The notes beneath the pieces are model-generated. The model was not told where the DNA came from and did no database searches. It worked only from the letters and a program-made list of their open reading frames with translations. Positions 28,767 through 36,925 of a stretch of DNA of 64,000 nt are shown piece after piece. The position numbers and the translations under genes were made by a program. The stretch's first letter is position 1. Every line of letters begins with the position of its first letter. This DNA is from Alphaproteobacteria bacterium. Lineage in GTDB: Bacteria; Pseudomonadota; Alphaproteobacteria; GCA-2731375. Location of the stretch: the NCBI GenBank assembly GCA_965232515.1, contig CBDDPY010000002.1:2208001-2272000 (forward strand), read 5' to 3'.

Positions 28767-30470
28767 ATGTCCCTGCCTGCGGTCCTTTCCGGCAAGCGCC
28801 GACTGTGGTTCGGCTACCTGGTAGCCAACGGCATCGGCCAGGCGGGAGTCGCGGTCGGCATGGCCATGCTGGTCAAGCTGGGCTTCGACACCCTGGTGAC
28901 ATCCGGCCAACCGCCTTCGACGGAAAACGCCGCCATCTTCGGCGGTGGTTTCCTGGCGGTGATCGCCGCCGCCGCCTGGCTGCGCTGGCGCAGCCATCTC
29001 GATGCCGAACATCTGGGCCAAGGCTATGTCCATGCCGTCCGCCTGAGGCTGTTCCGCCACCTGACGCGGATCGGCGCGGACGGCGCACGGCAGATGAGCC
29101 GCGGCGCGGTCGTCTTGCGCTTCGTCGGCGATCTGACGGCGCTCCGGCAATGGATCAGCTTCGGCCTCGCCCGGCTGACCGTCAGCGGCCTCGCCGCCGT
29201 CCTGGCGGTCGGCACGTTGAGCTTTATCGAACCGGTCGTGGCTCTGGCCGTCGCCGTCGCGGTTGTGGTGGCGGCCGCGTTGGCACTCGGCATCGGCCCA
29301 CGTCTCCGGGTAACCACACGCGAAACCCGTCGCCGGCGCGGCCGGCTGGCATCGATGCTGAACGACCGCGTGTCGCATATCGGCGTGGTCGAAGCCTTCG
29401 GCCAGGAGAACAAGGAGCACAAGCGTTTCGAGCGGCTGAGCACGCGGCTGCGGCATTCGCTGATCGACCGCGCCCGGGTGATCGGCTTGCTGAGGTCGCT
29501 GTCCGAGGCCAGCGGCAGTCTCGCCAGCATGTGCGCACTGATCGTCGGCGCCGTGCAGGTCGGCGCCGGTCATGCCAGCCCCGGCGCCGTGGTCGCGGCG
29601 ATGGTGGTCGCCGGCTTCCTGGCGCCCCGCCTGCAGGACCTGGGCCGGGTCTACGAATACTGGAACGGCGCATTGATCGCCCGCGAGAAGCAGTTGCAAC
29701 TGCTGGCCCTGAAGCCGGTCGGGCGTCGCCGCGGCGGCGGCGAGACCAGGTCGCTGACGAGCGGCGACGGCCGCATCGCATTGAAGGACGTCGGCCTGAA
29801 GGGCCTGTTCGATGGCCTGACGGCGTCGATCTCCGCCGGCGAACGGATCGCCATCGTCGGCCCGAACGGCGCCGGCAAGTCGACCCTGCTGCGGCTGATC
29901 GCCGGCATCCTTCACGCGGACAGCGGCGAGGTGCGGCTCGACGACCAGAACATCGCCAAGTGCCGCTGGCAGGACCTGCGCCGGGCCTTCGCGCTGGTCT
30001 CGCCCGACCTGCCGTTACTGCGCGGCTCGCTGCGGCTGAACCTGACCTACGGCGGGAAGCGGCCGTCCGACGATGATCTCATGCAGGTGCTGCACGACCT
30101 CGGCCTCGACGATCTGGTCGGACGCCTGCGCAACGGCCTGGACGCCCGCATCTCGGAAGACGGCGCCGGGTTGTCGACCGGCGAGCGGGCCCGTATCGCG
30201 CTCGCCCGGGCCATGCTGGTGCGACCGCGCGTGCTGCTGCTGGACGAGGCCGACGCCAATCTCGATCGCGCCGCGCGCGCCGTATTGGACCGGGTGACGC
30301 AAGCCTATGACGGGACGGTCGTCTTCATTACCCACGATGCGACCCGCGCGTCCACGGCCGATCGCATCCTGCTGTTGGCCGACGGCAAGCTGACGCCGGT
30401 CGACGCGAGCGAGCTTTCGCAAGCGACCGGCACGCCGACGGCCGCGAACGGGCTGCGGCTCGTTACCTGA
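28767..30470 (+). CDS. ABC half-transporter (fused permease + ATPase, exporter type)
   Basis: TM domain, GPNGAGKST, LSTGE, LLLDE, ITHD. Confidence 0.9.
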   Translation: MSLPAVLSGKRRLWFGYLVANGIGQAGVAVGMAMLVKLGFDTLVTSGQPPSTENAAIFGGGFLAVIAAAAWLRWRSHLDAEHLGQGYVHAVRLRLFRHLTRIGADGARQMSRGAVVLRFVGDLTALRQWISFGLARLTVSGLAAVLAVGTLSFIEPVVALAVAVAVVVAAALALGIGPRLRVTTRETRRRRGRLASMLNDRVSHIGVVEAFGQENKEHKRFERLSTRLRHSLIDRARVIGLLRSLSEASGSLASMCALIVGAVQVGAGHASPGAVVAAMVVAGFLAPRLQDLGRVYEYWNGALIAREKQLQLLALKPVGRRRGGGETRSLTSGDGRIALKDVGLKGLFDGLTASISAGERIAIVGPNGAGKSTLLRLIAGILHADSGEVRLDDQNIAKCRWQDLRRAFALVSPDLPLLRGSLRLNLTYGGKRPSDDDLMQVLHDLGLDDLVGRLRNGLDARISEDGAGLSTGERARIALARAMLVRPRVLLLDEADANLDRAARAVLDRVTQAYDGTVVFITHDATRASTADRILLLADGKLTPVDASELSQATGTPTAANGLRLVT

Positions 30471-30512
30471 ACCTTAACCGCGCCATCGAATGCAACCGAA
30501 GGAGGGCAGCAA

Positions 30513-31106
30513 ATGAATTACTTCCGATTGATCAAACCGCGCGTCGACGTGCGTCCGTTCCTGGACGAGATTGCCAAGACACCGTCGGCCTGGGACCTGA
30601 GCACCGGCCGACAGGACAAGATCGCCGTGCAGCGCGAGGCCGAGTCGATCCCGCTGCGCGGCCTGGTGAAGTCGAAGATCGGCAACCGCAAGCGGCGCGA
30701 CGTGCACGAGAGCCGCTACACGACGATCTCGAAGAAGTTTCCGGTCGCCCGCGCCTTCCTGGAAGGTTTCGCGGCCGAACGGGACGCCGAGCTGGGCCGC
30801 GGCAAGATCGTCCGGCTGAAGCCCGGTCACAAGGTCTATCCGCATATCGACCGCGGCGAGTACTACCGGGTCCGCGACCGCTATCACCTGATCCTGCAGA
30901 GCGCACTCGGCAGCTACATGAAGTCGGGCGACGAGGAGATCCGCATGCAGGTGGGCGAGCTCTGGTGGTTCGACAACAACGAGATGCACGAGGCCTTCAA
31001 CGACGGCGACGCCGATCGTATCCACATTATCTTCGACATGCTGCCGCGGTCGCGTTTCGCGGAAGTTTACGGCATCGAACGTGAAGCCGAGGGCCAAGCG
31101 GCGTAA
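30513..31106 (+). CDS. Aspartyl/asparaginyl beta-hydroxylase (Fe/2OG) domain protein
   Basis: VYPHID, RDRYHL, GELWWFDNNEMHEAFN, RIHIIFD; RBS GGAGG. Confidence 0.85.
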   Translation: MNYFRLIKPRVDVRPFLDEIAKTPSAWDLSTGRQDKIAVQREAESIPLRGLVKSKIGNRKRRDVHESRYTTISKKFPVARAFLEGFAAERDAELGRGKIVRLKPGHKVYPHIDRGEYYRVRDRYHLILQSALGSYMKSGDEEIRMQVGELWWFDNNEMHEAFNDGDADRIHIIFDMLPRSRFAEVYGIEREAEGQAA

Positions 31107-31130
31107 TCAGCCGCAGGCGCCACCGCCGAT

Positions 31131-32024
31131 ATGTTGAGTCTCAAGTTCTTGAAGGCGACGATCATGATCGCGATCCTGAGTACCGTGCCCTCGCAGCCGC
31201 AGTCCGCCTCCCTGTCTGCGGTCGGGAACTATCCCGCGAAGGATCGCGGTCTGGTCGTTGCCCGCCTGCCGCGATCGCCGGCGGGTGTGCCCTACTACGT
31301 CTATGTGCCGTCGAACCCGCGCGCCGACGCCATGCCGCTGGTCTCGGTGCACGGCATATCGCGGAACGCGTCGGATCACGCGGCCGCGTTCGGGCCGCTG
31401 GCCGAGGCTACGGGCAAGGTTGTCGTCGCACCGCTGTTCTCGACGCGCGGCTGCAAACGCTATCAGCGGGTGCTGGACGACTGTCGCGCCGACAAGGCGC
31501 TGTTGACGACGCTCGACAGCGTCGCCGCTGAAATCGGAATCCCGGTCGACCGCTTCGACCTGTTCGGATTCTCCGGCGGATCGCAATTCGCCCATCGTTT
31601 CGCCATGCTGCATCCGGAACGGGTGAATCGCCTCGCCCTTGCGTCAGCTGGCTGGTACACCTTGCCGACGCCGCACTATCCCTTCCCGGTGGCCGCCGCG
31701 CCGGACAGTCCGGAAGGCGCCCGAATACAGGCGACGCTCAGTCAGTTTCTGACTATTCCCACCCTGGTCGTGGTGGGCGAGCACGACACGACGCGCGACG
31801 CCAATCTGCGGCGAACCCACGGGCTCGACCATCGCCAGGGGCTCACCCGCGTGGAGCGCGGGGCGCGCTTCGTGCAGGCGTTCCGGCTCGCGGCGGCAAG
31901 AGCGGGCATCGCGCCCATTGTGCAGTTCCGGACCATTCCCAACTGCGGCCATTCGTTCGAGGATTGCATCGACAGTGGCGGCATGGCGGCGCTGCTGCTG
32001 GACTGGTTCACGGAGGGTTCGTGA
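31131..32024 (+). CDS. Alpha/beta hydrolase, possibly exported
   Basis: VHGISRN, GFSGGSQF nucleophile elbow, VGEHD, GHSF; signal-peptide-like N-terminus. Confidence 0.8.
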   Translation: MLSLKFLKATIMIAILSTVPSQPQSASLSAVGNYPAKDRGLVVARLPRSPAGVPYYVYVPSNPRADAMPLVSVHGISRNASDHAAAFGPLAEATGKVVVAPLFSTRGCKRYQRVLDDCRADKALLTTLDSVAAEIGIPVDRFDLFGFSGGSQFAHRFAMLHPERVNRLALASAGWYTLPTPHYPFPVAAAPDSPEGARIQATLSQFLTIPTLVVVGEHDTTRDANLRRTHGLDHRQGLTRVERGARFVQAFRLAAARAGIAPIVQFRTIPNCGHSFEDCIDSGGMAALLLDWFTEGS

Positions 32025-32157
32025 CCACGACCCAACGCGAACGCGCAAACTTGTCGCCGAGATGACACATGCGCGGCCCTGCGCAACGCATCTGCCGGAT
32101 CCCACCTAGGAGGCAAGGCCCGTCGGGCCGCATCGCACCGCTACCTGGAGGACGATC

Positions 32158-33249
32158 ATGGCAGTCTCGGACAATCTCATCGCCGCCAAACGCGCAATCA
32201 GCGGGCGTCTGCTGCGCGCAGGTTTGCGCGGCGGCGTCACCTCGGCTCGGCCGTCTGCCCATGTCACCGCCGCCGTGGCCAGCGCCGGCCACAACGTGCA
32301 TGCCGTCGGCTTAGGTCACAAGGTCGTCGGCGGTCGGGCGTCGTCGACGCCCTGCGTTCGCATTTATGTGGTGCAGAAGCTGGCGGCGCATCTGCTGCCG
32401 CCGCGCGACCGCCTGCCGGAACGCATCGATGGCGTGCCGACCGACGTGATCGAATCCGCGCCGGCCTTCGCACTGGCCCGGACCGCGACCAAGAAACGCC
32501 CGCAAGGCAAACGCAAGGCGGCGAAGGCGTTGCGGCAGACGGACTGCAGCGACAGCCGCCAGCAACGGCAGCGGCCGATCGTGCCCGGCATCAGCGTCGC
32601 GCACGAGGACGTCACCGCCGGCACGCTGACCTGTCTCTGCCGCTCGACGGCGCCCGGCGACGACCCGGACGATCTCTTCGCGCTCAGCAACAACCACGTC
32701 TTCGCCGACACCAACAATGGCCTGATCGGCGACGATCTGCTTCAGCCCGGACCGGCCGACGGCGGCAGCATCATCGACCGGTTCGCGACCCTGCACCGCT
32801 ACGTCGACATCATCGACGACGGCATCACGGCGAACCGCGTCGACGCCGCGATCGGCCGGCTGCTGCCCGAGGTGGCCGCGGACGAGGCGGTCTGCTCCAT
32901 CGGTCAAGTCGACGGCACCACGCGCGGCGAGATCGGCATGGCGGTGCGCAAGCATGGCCGCACCACGGGTCTGACGGAAGGCGTGGTCACCGACGAGGCG
33001 CTCGACGTGCTGGTCGGCCTCGACCCGTTCGATCCGCGGGCCGTCGCGCTCTTCGAGGATCAGATGCGCATCGACGTGACGGCCGGTTTTCCGGCCTTCG
33101 GCCTCGGCGGCGACAGCGGCTCGCTGGTGGCGATGCAGGCCGCGCCGCGCGCCGTCGGCCTGTTTTTCGCCGGGCCGCCGGGCGGGCTTTACGGCATCGC
33201 CAACCAGATGGATGATGTCGAGAACGAGCTCGAGATCGCCGTGGTTTAG
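32158..33249 (+). CDS. Trypsin-like serine protease with NAL1-like N-terminal domain
   Basis: Catalytic triad motifs SNNHV / VDAA / GDSGS; KHGRTTGLTEG; RBS GGAGG. Confidence 0.8.
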   Translation: MAVSDNLIAAKRAISGRLLRAGLRGGVTSARPSAHVTAAVASAGHNVHAVGLGHKVVGGRASSTPCVRIYVVQKLAAHLLPPRDRLPERIDGVPTDVIESAPAFALARTATKKRPQGKRKAAKALRQTDCSDSRQQRQRPIVPGISVAHEDVTAGTLTCLCRSTAPGDDPDDLFALSNNHVFADTNNGLIGDDLLQPGPADGGSIIDRFATLHRYVDIIDDGITANRVDAAIGRLLPEVAADEAVCSIGQVDGTTRGEIGMAVRKHGRTTGLTEGVVTDEALDVLVGLDPFDPRAVALFEDQMRIDVTAGFPAFGLGGDSGSLVAMQAAPRAVGLFFAGPPGGLYGIANQMDDVENELEIAVV

Positions 33250-33261
33250 GCCGGAGGCCGG

Positions 33262-33486
33262 ATGACCGAAAGCCTGCGGCAGGCGAAGGACCGCCTGCGC
33301 CGCCAGTTCCTCGGCCGGGCCGGCCTGCACGGCCTGGGCCTGCGCCCGGCCGAGGACGCCATCTGCATCTATGCCGACGCGGACGAAACGCCCGGCCAGC
33401 AAGCCCTGTTGACCGAAATCGAACAGGCCGCCAAACCGTTTCGCATCATCGTGATCCGCGAACAGAAACCGTCTCTGCCGCGCTAA
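33262..33486 (+). CDS. Small hypothetical protein (74 aa) downstream of the protease
   Basis: RBS GGAGG, GC-rich codon usage, 12 bp after the protease stop. Confidence 0.7.
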   Translation: MTESLRQAKDRLRRQFLGRAGLHGLGLRPAEDAICIYADADETPGQQALLTEIEQAAKPFRIIVIREQKPSLPR

Positions 33487-33634
33487 GCCGGCCGCCGCAT
33501 TTGGCGCTGGCTAGCGACCTGATTGCTTGAGCCCAACAAGAGAGCGATCACATCACTGGACGACACACCAATAAGGCGCTATACGTCATGTTATCTCAAT
33601 TAATGTTTGCCGTGCATCGACGCGGCTATTTGAT

Positions 33635-34048
33635 ATGGAAATCGAGCGTCTCGAGCGACTAAGGCGCCTCTTAGACAAGCTTGCGCGAGGGCGTCCAGGT
33701 CCGAACAAGACTGAACGGGCATACCTCTCGACCTTGTTTAAGGAGGAAGCGTTCGTCACGCTGTCATGGGTCTGGGGACCGGAGGTCGAGTTTGCCGAAG
33801 TCGGCAGTAACGCTTGTTGGGAGCACGGGGTCGTCACAGAAGCTGGCTGGTACGTGCATCCCTTTTGCCTAGCCGGCTGCTGCCGACCTGCCGGCCCCTT
33901 TGGCTCGCGTGACGAGGCGCTGCTGACGCACCGTCGCGAATTGCTGCCCGACGCCTTTCGATCGGACATCAAGCTCGATATCGAGAGGCTGATCCATCCG
34001 ATCGACGCGGACAACACGACCGGCGATGCGGTGACAACGAGTTGCTGA
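33635..34048 (+). CDS. Hypothetical protein (137 aa), Cys/Trp-rich motif
   Basis: Fills an otherwise empty lower-GC gap; AGWYVHPFCLAGCCRPAGPFGSRDEA. Confidence 0.5.
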   Translation: MEIERLERLRRLLDKLARGRPGPNKTERAYLSTLFKEEAFVTLSWVWGPEVEFAEVGSNACWEHGVVTEAGWYVHPFCLAGCCRPAGPFGSRDEALLTHRRELLPDAFRSDIKLDIERLIHPIDADNTTGDAVTTSC

Positions 34049-34140
34049 CCTGCCGTCTGTCGCCCTCCTAACATCATCACACTGTCGACCTGCCGTTGAG
34101 GGAACGGCAAGATTAGGTGTGGCGAGAACAGGAGGTGACG

Positions 34141-34884
34141 ATGGCGGAGCGGACGAAGGCGGTGGTGGTGGGCGTCGGGGCCGAGGCCGGACTGGGCGCG
34201 GCGCTGTGCCGGAAGTTCGCGGCCGAAGGCCGACATGTGCTGGTGGCAGGCCGCACACCTGAGAAGATCGAGCGGGTCGTGGCGTCGATCGCGGGTGCCG
34301 GCGGCGCGGCGACGGCGGTGCCGGTCGACACCACCAGCGAGGCCGACGTGGTCGCGCTGTTCGACCGGGCCTCTGCCGAGGACGCCGACGGCGGGCCGGC
34401 CGATCTGGTCGTGTACAACGCCGGCAACAACGCGCGCGGCAACCTCACGGAGATGCCGGCACAGTTCTTCGAAGACGTCTGGCGCGTGGTCTGTCTTGGC
34501 GGCTTTCTGGTCGGGCGCGAGGCGGCGCGGCGGCTTGTCCCGCAGGGGCGCGGCACGGTGCTGTTCACCGGCGCCACGGCGTCGGTGCGCTCGCGGCCGC
34601 CGTTCACGGCCTTCGCCTCGGCCAAGGCGGCGTTGCGGGCGGTGGCGGAATCCATGGCGCGCGAGTTCGGGCCGCAGGGCATCCACGTGGCGCACGTGAT
34701 CATCGACGGCGGCATCAACGGCGAGAAGCTGCGCACCGCCGCGCCGCAGATGGCGGAACAGAGGGGCGACGACGGTCTGCTGAATCCCGACGCCATCGCC
34801 GAGGTCTATTGGCAGCTACACCGGCAGCACCCGACAACCTGGAGCTTCGAGCTCGACCTGCGCCCGTCGAAGGAACCGTTTTGA
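34141..34884 (+). CDS. SDR family oxidoreductase
   Basis: VVGVGAEAGLG, VYNAG, FTGATAS, FASAK; RBS GGAGG. Confidence 0.9.
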   Translation: MAERTKAVVVGVGAEAGLGAALCRKFAAEGRHVLVAGRTPEKIERVVASIAGAGGAATAVPVDTTSEADVVALFDRASAEDADGGPADLVVYNAGNNARGNLTEMPAQFFEDVWRVVCLGGFLVGREAARRLVPQGRGTVLFTGATASVRSRPPFTAFASAKAALRAVAESMAREFGPQGIHVAHVIIDGGINGEKLRTAAPQMAEQRGDDGLLNPDAIAEVYWQLHRQHPTTWSFELDLRPSKEPF

Positions 34885-34991
34885 GTGAACAGACCCGGAC
34901 CGCAGCCGGCGGCATTTCAGATTAATCCGGCCGGGCTGAGCGAGGTCACGGATTGTTGGCGGGGCACCTGTGGACTGACGCCGCCATTCGC

Positions 34992-36023
34992 CTAGTTCTG
35001 ATCTGTGGCGATTTCGAGTTCACGTCTCAATGGTGTTCCGATCGACTTCAGATACGTCATGTATGTCCGCATCATTCGCCACCATGCCCACGTTGCAAGA
35101 AGGGCGAGTGAGAAACCAGCGATGCCAGTTTCGATTACGAAATCGACCTTCACTCCTCGGCAAAAATAAATCGAAAAAGCGAGAAGAGAAAAATATCCGA
35201 CTGACGGAACGGATATAAACGTATCCACAAAATTGAATGTGGCTCTTCTTACAATCTTGTCGCGCCCTCCCTTCAACCCTCTCACCCTTAGGTAATTATT
35301 TCTCCGCTTCGTCTCGTCCGTTTTTGGCGGCATCCAAACCAACGCCACATATTCCGAAAACTCGATCGGATTTGGCGGTTTTTGGGTCGCGCCCTTTTTG
35401 CCTCCCTGCGTGCTCAGCCGCAGCCATAGCAGCCCAGCACCCAACACCATCACAACCGGATAAACGGCCAGGAACAGAAAGCCGAAGTAAGGCGAGGTCA
35501 GATCCGTCAGCCGATCCAGATCAACGTTCCAGGAGTTGGCCGGAAGGCCATGCCGGCTTAGCTTGTCGGGTGCAACAACAGTTCGGACGATCGCGATCTG
35601 CGCCGCACAGGTGAGACCGGGGAGCAGTACCGCGACGGATCGGGCGAGACGCACGCGTGTGCGCAAATAGTCGATCCAATCGACGGCACCACCGCCCTTT
35701 ATCAGGATGGCAGATCGGAATTTCCCCTCGTCAAAGGGATCGTCGCTGCCCGGTCCTCTTTCGTATTTGTTGGCGAACCGCAAGCGCATATGCCGTTCCC
35801 AGCCAACCATGATGGAATCGGCAAGCCGGTCGAACACGACACCGACCAAATAGACCAGTCCCAAAAGGACGGCGCCGGCCCCAATGCCAGTCACCGTCGC
35901 CCAAGGCGTGTTGTTCGAAGAAAAGGGGCCGGCGGCGATTTCCCGAAACCAGGGTAACGCAACGATCGCCAGAACAATACTGCCGATCAGCACCTGTTCG
36001 ACGAATATCTCGGTCGTCTTCAT
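34992..36023 (-). CDS. Hypothetical integral membrane protein (about 6 TM)
   Basis: Several hydrophobic helices; lower GC than flanks; ATGA overlap with the NUDIX gene. Confidence 0.75.
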   Translation of the reverse strand: MKTTEIFVEQVLIGSIVLAIVALPWFREIAAGPFSSNNTPWATVTGIGAGAVLLGLVYLVGVVFDRLADSIMVGWERHMRLRFANKYERGPGSDDPFDEGKFRSAILIKGGGAVDWIDYLRTRVRLARSVAVLLPGLTCAAQIAIVRTVVAPDKLSRHGLPANSWNVDLDRLTDLTSPYFGFLFLAVYPVVMVLGAGLLWLRLSTQGGKKGATQKPPNPIEFSEYVALVWMPPKTDETKRRNNYLRVRGLKGGRDKIVRRATFNFVDTFISVPSVGYFSLLAFSIYFCRGVKVDFVIETGIAGFSLALLATWAWWRMMRTYMTYLKSIGTPLRRELEIATDQN

Positions 36024-36451
36024 GGGTCGGGCTGCGTGTTGGAATCTCCTTGGTTCAGTACCTGCCGGGCCTTTTCCAGAATGTTGCGAGATTCATCGAA
36101 CGTCAGTCGATCGTATGCCGCCGCAAACGGCAGCCATGCCAATTGCCGGTCCTCGATGGGAAAGCCGTCTCGAAGATGACGCGCCAGGAAATAGGCCGTC
36201 GTCACGAGTTCGCCATCGGCGGCACGAAACGTCGACAGGCCGAGCGGTGCGAGAATTTCCGCCTCGCAACCCGTCTCTTCCGTCAATTCGCGAAGGGCCG
36301 CGGTTTCGGGCTGTTCGTCGCCGTCGATATGGCCTTTCGGCAGCACCCAATGGTCCGGCTGGCGTTTCGCCGTGATCAGTAGAAACTCCGGTCCAGAATC
36401 GGTGTCGCGGCACAGAACAATACCGCCGCGGTTCGGCGTCGGTTTGCCCAT
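36020..36451 (-). CDS. NUDIX hydrolase
   Basis: WVLPK followed by a perfect Nudix box GHIDGDEQPETAALRELTEETG. Confidence 0.9.
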   Translation of the reverse strand: MGKPTPNRGGIVLCRDTDSGPEFLLITAKRQPDHWVLPKGHIDGDEQPETAALRELTEETGCEAEILAPLGLSTFRAADGELVTTAYFLARHLRDGFPIEDRQLAWLPFAAAYDRLTFDESRNILEKARQVLNQGDSNTQPDP

Positions 36452-36695
36452 GGCGTGTCTCACTACGTCCGGCCTTGGCCTATCGGACCTCAGCCAATAA
36501 CGAGATCAAGTGATCGTCATCATCCCGTCGGCGACCACCGTCGTCAACGTTCCGCACGGAAACGCGACGCAAATTGTCACAACCATATGTAGCAGATTTG
36601 CACGTCTCGGGGGTTCCAAACGACGCGTACTTGTGGCATAAGACCGCTCGCCGCTTCCGGCGGCAACCACGCATGATCTTTAGAGGGACCGACAG

Positions 36696-36761
36696 ATGAA
36701 GATGAGCTTTATCCTCATGCCCATCGCCCGTGTCCCCGGCGCCTGGCCGCCTCACCTCTGA
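36696..36761 (+). CDS. Putative leader peptide MKMSFILMPIARVPGAWPPHL
   Basis: RBS AGAGGGA; 21 codons; lies in the 5' region of the ABC exporter with competing pairings. Confidence 0.5.
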   Translation: MKMSFILMPIARVPGAWPPHL

Positions 36762-36925
36762 GCCCGCGCCCGCCCGGTCTGGGGACACCGACCGGGGCAA
36801 CCCTGCCGAACATCACAAAGGCGTAAGCGCCTAACACCGAGACATTTGCGGTGCGCGCGAGCGCCGCCCGGCATCGCCATCCGGTCATTCGAGCGAACCC
36901 GGCGCGTTTGCGCCGAGAATTGTCC

